Virus record (IMG/VR): IMGVR_UViG_2778261301_000005
Strand: one strand, 5' to 3'
DNA: 4,962 nt
Source of the DNA: a virus
Taxonomy: Duplodnaviria > Heunggongvirae > Uroviricota > Caudoviricetes
Part shown: in pieces, positions 1 to 4,962 of the stretch
Layout of the letters: each line of letters starts with the position of its first letter
How positions within the stretch are numbered: position 1 is the stretch's first letter
Position numbers and translations under genes: made by a program
Notes under the pieces: model-generated
What the model was told of the DNA's origin: nothing
The model's database searches: none
Seen by the model: the letters and a program-made list of their open reading frames with translations, nothing else

Positions 1-310
1 TATCAGAAGTTAGATTGTAATAATTGGTATAAGCTGAAATTGACTTCTGGCATGCTTCAAGAAATTCCTGTGGATTCATTCCTAGTCTTGCTTGCTCTGT
101 GGTCAGAAAACGCTGTAAGAACTCATCTCCGCCAGGCATTTTTGTTGATTCTTGAAATGTTGCCATTTGTTTGATTGTGCCGCACATGCCAGCAAATTTC
201 GAAGTTATCATGAGTTCTTGCAGGCCTTTAAGATCGCCATTATCTGATTTTGGTTTGGCGAAAACTATTGTAGAGAAGAACAATATTAACAAAATAGCGA
301 TACGTTTCAT
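1..310 (-). CDS. Hypothetical secreted protein, 5' portion only (start at 308-310 on minus strand, ORF runs off the left edge, 103 codons visible)
   Basis: Manual minus-strand translation from the ATG (reverse complement of 308-310) gives MKRIAILLILFFSTIVFAKPKSDNGDLKGLQELMITSKFAGMCGTIKQMATFQESTKMPGGDEFLQRFLTTEQARLGMNPQEFLEACQKSISAYTNYYNLTSD with no stop down to position 1. The N-terminus has the shape of a Sec signal peptide (KR, hydrophobic core, VFA-K candidate cleavage site, no lipobox Cys). The ATG overlaps the mnt stop codon (ATGA overlap). An open frame of 310 nt is notable in AT-rich DNA. Absent from the ORF track, presumably because its stop lies outside the window. Confidence 0.55.
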   Translation of the reverse strand, partial: MKRIAILLILFFSTIVFAKPKSDNGDLKGLQELMITSKFAGMCGTIKQMATFQESTKMPGGDEFLQRFLTTEQARLGMNPQEFLEACQKSISAYTNYYNLTSD

Positions 311-558
311 TTTTCACTGTTGCCATGCATAGATTTTAATTTCTCAACCTCATGCTCAAGCTCTATCAACCGCGATGCTATAGTTGCAAGATCTAGTGCT
401 TGAATATGTTTATTTTTTTCAGTCCATGCCTCAAGTGCTGCTACCATCTCAGCATTTAATGAACGAGAATTAGCCTCAGCCAGTTCAATAAGACGTTCCT
501 TTATCTCTACAGGAAGCCTCAGATTCACTTGAGGGTTTTTGTACTTACGATCAGACAT
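307..558 (-). CDS. mnt: Mnt-like ribbon-helix-helix transcriptional repressor (83 aa)
   Basis: ORF-track protein MSDRKYKNPQVNLRLPVEIKERLIELAEANSRSLNAEMVAALEAW... Its N-terminal motif NLRLPVEIKERL...AEANSRSLNAEM closely parallels P22 Mnt (NFRMPMEVREKL...AEANGRSMNSEL, recalled from memory); the C-terminal half is coiled-coil-like, as in the Mnt tetramerisation domain. Same length as P22 Mnt (83 aa), and divergent from an Arc-like gene as in P22 immI. A possible SD (AGGA) lies about 7 nt upstream of the ATG on the minus strand. Confidence 0.85.
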   Translation of the reverse strand: MSDRKYKNPQVNLRLPVEIKERLIELAEANSRSLNAEMVAALEAWTEKNKHIQALDLATIASRLIELEHEVEKLKSMHGNSEK

Positions 559-586
559 CGGCGCATCCTGAATAATTTTTTACCAC

Positions 587-615
587 AGGATATGTAGGTA
601 TCTATTGACTATCAA
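587..615 (-). promoter_or_regulatory. Candidate sigma70 promoter for mnt (minus strand: -35 TTGATA at 610-615, 17-bp spacer, -10 TATCCT at 587-592)
   Basis: Hexamers read by eye on the reverse complement. The -35 is a 5/6 match to TTGACA and the -10 is a weak 4/6 match to TATAAT. The position fits leftward transcription of mnt. Not verified experimentally. Confidence 0.35.
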
Positions 616-625
616 TGCGTACCTA
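595..625. promoter_or_regulatory. Candidate operator: imperfect 31-bp palindrome TAGGTATCTATTGACTATCAATGCGTACCTA centred on 610, with a perfect inner palindrome ATTGA-cta-TCAAT (604-616)
   Basis: Checked by reverse-complementing: the outer 6-bp arms TAGGTA/TACCTA and the inner 5-bp arms ATTGA/TCAAT pair exactly, 11 of 15 pairs overall. The two candidate -35 hexamers (TTGACT on plus, TTGATA on minus) sit back to back inside it. It lies between two genes for RHH repressors. Confidence 0.5.
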
Positions 626-633
626 AATACTAT
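605..633 (+). promoter_or_regulatory. Candidate sigma70 promoter for the arc operon (-35 TTGACT at 605-610, 17-bp spacer, -10 TACTAT at 628-633); Pant-like
   Basis: The -35 is a 5/6 match to TTGACA and the -10 a 4/6 match to TATAAT, with an ideal 17-bp spacer. The predicted start near 640 is about 24 nt upstream of the arc SD (GGAGGA at 654-659). The arrangement mirrors the overlapping divergent Pant/Pmnt promoters of P22 immI. Confidence 0.45.
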
Positions 634-644
634 GTATGCGTACC
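615..644. repeat. Two exact copies of the 9-bp direct repeat ATGCGTACC (615-623 and 636-644), 21 bp centre to centre
   Basis: Read directly from the sequence. The copies flank the candidate arc -10 element, and the 21-bp spacing (two helical turns) puts them on the same DNA face. Candidate binding sites for an RHH repressor (Arc-like or Mnt-like). Confidence 0.45.
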
Positions 645-663
645 ACATACAGCGGAGGATGCA

Positions 664-804
664 ATGAAGGTAAAAACACTGCGTATGCCAGAGAAGCTAG
701 AAAAAATTCTTGAAGAAAAAGCAAAGGAAGAGTGTCGCTCATTCAGCGCAGAAGTAATTAAACGGGTGCTTGACAGCCTGAAGAGAGAGGGGATTACGGT
801 ATGA
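664..804 (+). CDS. arc: Arc-like ribbon-helix-helix repressor (46 aa); not in the supplied ORF track
   Basis: Manual translation: [46 protein letters not shown]. The motif LRMPEKLEKILEEKAKEECRSFSAEVIKRVLDSLKREG aligns position by position with P22 Arc (LRWPREVLDLVRKVAEENGRSVNSEIYQRVMESFKKEG, recalled from memory). A strong SD (GGAGGA at 654-659) lies 4 nt before the ATG at 664. The stop TGA (802-804) overlaps the next ATG (801-803). Confidence 0.85.
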   Translation: MKVKTLRMPEKLEKILEEKAKEECRSFSAEVIKRVLDSLKREGITV

Positions 805-1070
805 AGGTGTCATTGCTTGATCGTTCTTTACAATTTTTGTCTGGCGCAATCATTGTAGTTTGCTTGCTCGTGATTTTTACATCGTTAATCAATATGTATC
901 AATCAGGGGAACGATTGACAAAGACGATAGAGGAAAAAAAATCAGTCTCAAATTACGAAGTATCACATGCACATAACGATTTAGTAGAAAGCCTTGACCG
1001 TATTAACAAGAGGCTTGACGAGACAAATATGCTACTTAAGCAAATTCAAAATGAAGTGGAAAAACGTTGA
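801..1070 (+). CDS. Small hypothetical membrane protein (89 aa): one predicted N-terminal transmembrane helix, then a charged coiled-coil-like tail
   Basis: ORF-track protein; hydrophobic stretch [20 protein letters not shown] (about aa 14-33) followed by a K/E-rich heptad-like tail ([24 protein letters not shown]). Start overlaps the arc stop and its own stop overlaps a TTG at 1067, suggesting an operon. No family recognised. Confidence 0.55.
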   Translation: MKVSLLDRSLQFLSGAIIVVCLLVIFTSLINMYQSGERLTKTIEEKKSVSNYEVSHAHNDLVESLDRINKRLDETNMLLKQIQNEVEKR

Positions 1071-1132
1071 AGCCCCAACTGCTGGAACAGTCAGGGCTTC
1101 GGTATCAACAAAACTTACGAGGTATTATTGAT

Positions 1133-2023
1133 ATGTCAAGCTTAGCAAAGTCAACTGTAAATTGCACTAATAGCATCATCATTTCTGACGTCAAGATTCA
1201 TATGGATTCAGAGGGGCGTTACTCGCTTAATGACCTCCATGTAGCGTCTGGGAAGGAGGAAAAACATCAGCCAGCTTTCTTCATGCGTAGAAATGAAACT
1301 ATTGAATTGATTAATGAAATTTTTAATTCTGCGGATATGCAGAATAAGAATCCCGTCCTTTCTAAGAAAGGTCGATATGGTGGAACCTACGTGTGCAAGG
1401 AGCTTGTTTACTCCTACGCCATGTGGATTAGCGCAGCCTTTGCGCTGAAGGTTATCCGTGCATATGACGCAATGGTTACTGCCACACAAGAGAGGAAGGC
1501 TATTGGAGGTAAAACTTCAGTAGCTGAACGCACACCGCTACGCGATGCAGTAAACATGCTGGTAGGAAAGAAAGGACTTCGCTATGACGATGCATACAAT
1601 ATGGTTCATCAGCGTTTTGGTATTGACAGCATTGATGAACTTTCAATTGAACAAATCCCGCTTGCCGTAGAGTACATCCACAGGGTAGTGCTTGAAGGCG
1701 AGTTCATCGGCAAACAAGAGAAGAAAACCAACGAGCTTTCTGCAAAAGAAGCAAACAGCCTTGTATGGTTATGGGATTATGCCAACCGCTCTCAGGCATT
1801 ATTCCGCGAATTGTATCCGGCGCTAAAACAAATTCAATCGAACTATTCCGGAAGATGCTACGACTACGGTCATGAGTTCTCGTATATTATCGGAATGGCG
1901 AGAGATGTTTTAATCAATCACACACGAGATGTTGATATTAATGAGCCAGACGGACCAACGAATCTTTCCGCATGGATGAGACTTAAGAATAAAGAATTAC
2001 CTCCTTCAGTACATAACTACTGA
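1133..2023 (+). CDS. KilA-N domain protein with a C-terminal region of unknown family; candidate antirepressor-like or Kil-like protein in the position ant occupies in P22
   Basis: ORF-track frame 1067..2023. The N-terminal region carries the KilA-N signature: [14 protein letters not shown] ... [35 protein letters not shown]. Preferred start is ATG 1133 (in frame, GAGG at 1119-1122 upstream); the alternative is TTG 1067, which overlaps the upstream stop. The C-terminal ~170 aa has no family I can recognise. Confidence 0.75.
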   Translation: MSSLAKSTVNCTNSIIISDVKIHMDSEGRYSLNDLHVASGKEEKHQPAFFMRRNETIELINEIFNSADMQNKNPVLSKKGRYGGTYVCKELVYSYAMWISAAFALKVIRAYDAMVTATQERKAIGGKTSVAERTPLRDAVNMLVGKKGLRYDDAYNMVHQRFGIDSIDELSIEQIPLAVEYIHRVVLEGEFIGKQEKKTNELSAKEANSLVWLWDYANRSQALFRELYPALKQIQSNYSGRCYDYGHEFSYIIGMARDVLINHTRDVDINEPDGPTNLSAWMRLKNKELPPSVHNY

Positions 2024-2041
2024 CAGATAACCAACGCAACG

Positions 2042-2066
2042 ACCCAGCTTCGGCTGGGTTTTTTTA
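2042..2066 (+). terminator. Rho-independent terminator: 7-bp stem ACCCAGC/GCTGGGT, TTCG loop, then a T7 run
   Basis: Stem 2042-2048 pairs perfectly with 2053-2059, the loop TTCG (2049-2052) is a UUCG-type tetraloop, and a T-run follows at 2059-2065. It sits 19 nt after the KilA-N gene stop (2021-2023), analogous to the terminator after ant in P22. Confidence 0.8.
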
Positions 2067-2123
2067 TGCCCAAAATTCACCGTAGCCATGCTGCGGCGAT
2101 TCCTTGTATCTGGAGCAAATTAA

Positions 2124-4364
2124 ATGACAGATTCAATAAATGCCAATGTTGTAGTGAGTATGCCTTCGCAACTCTTCACTATGGCTCGTTCTTTTAAAGC
2201 CGTAGCCAATGGCAAAATTTATATCGGTAAAATTGACACTGACCCGGTAAATCCTGAAAACCAGATTCAGGTTTATGTGGAGAACGAAGACGGCTCTCAC
2301 GTTCCTGTTTCTCAACCAATCATCATTAACGCTGCTGGCTACCCTGTATATAACGGACAGATTGCTAAGTTCGTTACTGTACAAGGGCATTCTATGGCTG
2401 TTTATGATGCGTACGGTGCTCAGCAGTTCTATTTTTCGAATGTGCTGAAGTATGACCCTGACCAACTCAGGCAAGATCTTGCATCTCAAGGAGGTGTTAA
2501 TCTGGTAAACGGAGCTATCTCACAGGAAGATCTTGTTTTGCAGTCGATCACAAAAATTCCAAGTTATGATAATTCTAACGTAGTCCAGGCGTGGCGCGAT
2601 AGTGTTGCGACCTACGGGTATGTTTACTTCTCTAATCATTCAAAAAATCAGATGGTGTACACCGTACCGTCTACAGCTGCTAACGCTTCTTTCCTTGCGA
2701 ACAGTAAAGTAATCATTGATAAAAATGTCACCCTGAGATTCGACAGTGATCTGTACTCACTGTTTAAATCGTTGCAGTACGAGGGGGATGGTACGTTTGA
2801 ATTTACGCACCTGAACTTTAAAGCAACCGGTGGAGAAGTGGATTATCTGGCTAAGCAGGCTATCCTCAACCGAAACCCTATTCGCATGAAGCGAGTGGAA
2901 TGGTCAGATTGTAAAGTTTATTCCATAAATGGTGACACGTTCTTCTATGAAGGTGAAGTCACCATATCCTCAGATAGCGCAGCTATCTTCCCCTTAACTA
3001 CTGACCGTACAACAGGCCTGTTCGCACCAATAGATATTGGAGAGCATATTTCTGCACATATTCGCATGGAATCTCAGGCCGCCTCAGAAGTTGGGATTGT
3101 TTTGCGATGCTCTGGAGGTTGGATGATGTTCTATGGGGCACCAGGTGCTACACAGTGGTCTTATAGACAGAAACCAATTGGTGGTCCAGTAGCAGAAGGA
3201 ACTCCATTCCCGCTGCCAGGAGGTTTACTGTCGTACGCCCCGGGCAAAGCAACCGTTGGCGTATCACTGCAAGGTAAAAACTGGGCGCAGATAACGATGA
3301 ATGGCGTTGGGATACGTTTGCCCTTTGATACTGCTGATGTAGGGGATGTATACGAAGTTGGGTTTGTTGCACTGACCACGGCATCTGGAGGTTCTGCGCG
3401 TGTAACTGGATTATGCAGCTACACCTCTGATAATGGAGTGCACGGTAAGCCTCCACTTAATATCCTTATCCACGGTGATAGTACAGCTGAGGATTTCATT
3501 TCCGCGTTCAGCTCGTACATTCCGCAATTAATGGATGGAGCGAACGGCCACCGTTCACATAGCATTGTAAACAAGGCAGTTGCCGGACAGACAATGAGGC
3601 AACAGTTAGATCTCCTGAAGGCTCAGGGGCCGGGTGATGCTTACATCGTTATTATGGTTGCCGGAACTAACGAAGGGCAGGCAAACCAAAACGGCGATTA
3701 TATGGCGTCATTGATAGATGAGTTTGTCTTATATTGCAATGGCCTTGGTCGTATCCCTGTTTGGGTTGAGCCGTGGATGTGGTATAGCCAGTCATTTATT
3801 GGAGGGGCTGGCCAGCCATCTTCTAACTACGACGGTGTCGCAGAGTTGCGAGAAGCTGGTAAACGCCAGATGATGAAATATGGCAATAACGTCATTTGTG
3901 TAACAACAACTCACCAGCTCCCGGCCCCATATCCAGAGTATTTCAATACGCAATACGACCCACTTCTGCGTGATGACATTCACCAAAGCCAGTTAGGGTA
4001 TCGTCTGTATGCGGAAATTATCTGCTCTGCCATTATCGACTGGTGGTCGCGTGTTGATTACACGCCAAGAGCAGCTGTTCAATGGTGGGCTGGAACAAAC
4101 GTAACAGTACAGGAACCGTCAAGTTTAACTGCCAATTCAATTAATATTAAACTGGCAGCCACTTCATTTGCGAATGGCAATACTGTTCTAACGCTTCCGA
4201 GATGGTGCAGACCAAAAGTAACCAAAAATGTCCCTGTACCGTTCACTGCTGATGACGTTTCATTTGGCATGGCAATGGCTACCATTAATGCTTCAACAGG
4301 ACAAATATCGATTGAAGGGTCCACAACTACATCTCCAACGTTCTACATAGATGCGACATGGTAG
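2124..4364 (+). CDS. Tailspike protein (746 aa): P22 gp9-type N-terminal head-binding domain fused to a receptor-binding body containing an SGNH/GDSL-type hydrolase (predicted polysaccharide esterase/deacetylase) domain
   Basis: The N-terminal ~115 aa ([12 protein letters not shown]...[38 protein letters not shown]...[17 protein letters not shown]...NVLKYDPDQ) is near-identical in pattern to the P22 tailspike head-binding domain (recalled). SGNH motifs in canonical order: block [14 protein letters not shown] (G451-D452-S453, nt 3474-3482), block II VAGQT (G488), block III GTNE (G514-x-N516, nt 3663-3674), block [17 protein letters not shown] (D617-x-x-H620, nt 3972-3983). SD GGAG at 2112-2115. 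Confidence 0.9.
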   Translation: MTDSINANVVVSMPSQLFTMARSFKAVANGKIYIGKIDTDPVNPENQIQVYVENEDGSHVPVSQPIIINAAGYPVYNGQIAKFVTVQGHSMAVYDAYGAQQFYFSNVLKYDPDQLRQDLASQGGVNLVNGAISQEDLVLQSITKIPSYDNSNVVQAWRDSVATYGYVYFSNHSKNQMVYTVPSTAANASFLANSKVIIDKNVTLRFDSDLYSLFKSLQYEGDGTFEFTHLNFKATGGEVDYLAKQAILNRNPIRMKRVEWSDCKVYSINGDTFFYEGEVTISSDSAAIFPLTTDRTTGLFAPIDIGEHISAHIRMESQAASEVGIVLRCSGGWMMFYGAPGATQWSYRQKPIGGPVAEGTPFPLPGGLLSYAPGKATVGVSLQGKNWAQITMNGVGIRLPFDTADVGDVYEVGFVALTTASGGSARVTGLCSYTSDNGVHGKPPLNILIHGDSTAEDFISAFSSYIPQLMDGANGHRSHSIVNKAVAGQTMRQQLDLLKAQGPGDAYIVIMVAGTNEGQANQNGDYMASLIDEFVLYCNGLGRIPVWVEPWMWYSQSFIGGAGQPSSNYDGVAELREAGKRQMMKYGNNVICVTTTHQLPAPYPEYFNTQYDPLLRDDIHQSQLGYRLYAEIICSAIIDWWSRVDYTPRAAVQWWAGTNVTVQEPSSLTANSINIKLAATSFANGNTVLTLPRWCRPKVTKNVPVPFTADDVSFGMAMATINASTGQISIEGSTTTSPTFYIDATW

Positions 4365-4370
4365 TAAAAA

Positions 4371-4398
4371 CATGGAGGCAATACGCCTCCATGCTAAT
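4371..4398 (-). terminator. Perfect 9-bp-stem hairpin (CATGGAGGC-aatac-GCCTCCATG); on the minus strand it is followed by a T-run, giving a tI-like terminator for leftward int transcripts, and it may also stop tailspike transcription
   Basis: Stem 4371-4379 pairs with 4385-4393, loop 4380-4384. The plus strand has AAAAA (4366-4370) just 5' of the stem, so the minus-strand transcript has a U-run after the hairpin. On the plus strand no U-run follows (CTAATAAC). It starts 7 nt after the tailspike stop. Confidence 0.5.
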
Positions 4399-4569
4399 AA
4401 CTCAAATGCTCTTAAAATACTCTTAAGGAGATGATCAGCGCTTTTATTAACATCAACCATCTATGTGAGTTATAGGTTAATTATCTCCATGTGATGGCAG
4501 ACAAAACTGAGACAAACAAAGCTTTGTACTGGATTGCAAGGCTTTGTGTCATTCGATAGCTAAGGTGGG
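4398..4569. other. Candidate attP / site-specific recombination region between the convergent tailspike and integrase genes
   Basis: Non-coding and AT-rich, lying immediately 3' of an integrase gene, which is the lambda/P22 position of attP. Contains a perfect 12-bp palindrome ACAAAGCTTTGT (4516-4527), direct repeats CTCTTAA (4409-4415 and 4420-4426) and GCTTTGT (4521-4527 and 4541-4547). The core itself was not identified and no tRNA-like 3' segment was recognised by eye. Confidence 0.3.
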
Positions 4570-4583
4570 TCACTCCACCTTTT
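4562..4583 (+). terminator. Hairpin AAGGTGG-gtcact-CCACCTT followed by TTTT, overlapping the integrase stop codon; possible plus-strand terminator or RNA-processing structure
   Basis: Stem 4562-4568 pairs with 4575-4581, and T's run from 4580 to 4583. The T-run is short and partly inside the stem, so terminator strength is uncertain. Confidence 0.3.
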
Positions 4584-4962
4584 CATCAAGCCAATCAGCC
4601 CACCACTGCATCATTTCTCTGCGCTTATCCAGATACTGAGCATGGTTGTAAATCCCGCGCACAGATCCGCCGTTGGCATGTGCCAGTTGCACTTCAATGG
4701 CGTCAGCAGGCCATTCGTGCTCGTTCATAATTGTGCTGAATTCATGCCTGAATCCGTGACCGCTTTCCAGACCCTCATAGCCGATTTGTTTGATCACAAG
4801 CAATACCGCGTTCTCGCAGATTGGCTTTTTCTTATCGTTGCGCCCGGCAAAAACAAACTCTGATACTGGTTTGGTGATTGAGCTTTGAACCGCCCCGGGA
4901 ATCCTGGAGACTAAACTTCCTGAGAAAGAGGTAAACAGGATGACTAAAAATACTCGTTTTTC
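4570..4962 (-). CDS. int: Tyrosine recombinase / phage integrase, C-terminal part only (5' end beyond the right edge); P4-type C-terminal signature
   Basis: Minus-strand frame open from 4962 down to stop TGA (reverse complement of 4570-4572). The C-terminus GHGFRHEFSTIMNEHEWPADAIEVQLAHANGGSVRGIYNHAQYLDKRREMMQWWADWLDEKVE has the H-x-x-R box, a conserved Tyr region and the MMQWWADYLD-like tail typical of P4-family integrases (recalled). The ORF track lists only the TTG-initiated tail 4570..4803; I extended the frame by hand to the window edge. Confidence 0.8.
   Translation of the reverse strand, partial: EKRVFLVILFTSFSGSLVSRIPGAVQSSITKPVSEFVFAGRNDKKKPICENAVLLVIKQIGYEGLESGHGFRHEFSTIMNEHEWPADAIEVQLAHANGGSVRGIYNHAQYLDKRREMMQWWADWLDEKVE

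Noticed and set aside
664-1070. Toxin-antitoxin reading of an RHH gene followed by a small downstream gene
   Set aside because: The divergent Mnt-like partner, the Arc-like sequence and the position before the tailspike fit immI much better. A defence or exclusion role for the downstream genes remains possible and is listed as a finding.
1208-1489. 93-aa minus-strand ORF
   Set aside because: Antisense inside the KilA-N gene, whose plus-strand frame carries a clear domain signature.
2133-2489. 118-aa minus-strand ORF at the 5' end of the tailspike gene
   Set aside because: Entirely antisense to the strongly supported tailspike coding frame; no SD and no recognisable motifs. Judged a chance ORF.
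3148-3456. Minus-strand ORFs of 102 aa (3148..3456) and 72 aa (3161..3379)
   Set aside because: Both are antisense within the tailspike gene, overlap each other in different frames, and have low-complexity, compositionally odd translations.
3792-4324. Minus-strand ORFs 3792..3986 (64 aa) and 4079..4324 (81 aa)
   Set aside because: Antisense to the SGNH and C-terminal parts of the tailspike; no independent support.
4431-4475. 14-codon ORF (MISAFININHLCEL) directly after an AAGGAG motif
   Set aside because: The SD-like motif abuts the ATG with essentially no spacer and the ORF is tiny; more likely part of the att regulatory region.
4398-4569. Possible tRNA gene or tRNA 3' fragment as integration core
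   Set aside because: Scanned both strands by eye for a T-arm (GGTTCGAATCC-like, 5-7-5 stem-loop) followed by an acceptor stem; none convincing. Cannot be excluded without a similarity search.
4365-4569. gtrABC-type O-antigen conversion genes between the tailspike and att
   Set aside because: The gap is only ~200 bp with no ORF of relevant size; these genes are absent here.
4642-4863. 73-aa plus-strand ORF
   Set aside because: Antisense inside the integrase C-terminal coding region, which has a strong family signature on the minus strand.
1-4962. CRISPR arrays, rRNA genes, insertion sequences
   Set aside because: No regularly spaced repeat-spacer pattern, no rRNA-like conserved stretches, and no terminal inverted repeats flanking a transposase-like ORF were seen.

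Overview
This window reads as the right-hand end of a P22-like temperate phage genome; integrated versus virion/circular form cannot be decided from the sequence alone. Left to right: (1) an immI-like control module, with an Mnt-like ribbon-helix-helix (RHH) repressor gene on the minus strand diverging from an Arc-like RHH gene on the plus strand across a 105-bp intergenic region full of palindromes and repeats; (2) downstream of arc, where P22 carries ant, a small single-pass membrane/coiled-coil protein and a KilA-N-domain protein, followed by a clear intrinsic terminator; (3) a 746-aa tailspike whose first ~115 aa match the P22 gp9 head-binding domain (recalled from memory) but whose body carries a complete SGNH/GDSL hydrolase motif set, so a predicted esterase/deacetylase rather than an endoglycosidase; (4) a ~200-bp non-coding stretch with hairpins and a perfect 12-bp palindrome, a candidate attP; (5) the 3' end of a convergent tyrosine integrase gene running off the right edge. 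Two coding regions absent from the ORF track were found by hand: the 46-aa arc and a 5'-partial secreted protein downstream of mnt. No CRISPR array, rRNA or convincing tRNA was seen. The most likely novel items are the non-canonical cargo in the ant position and the esterase-type tailspike; I see no canonical defence system, and novelty cannot be confirmed without database searches. All homology statements rest on remembered sequences and motifs, not on searches.
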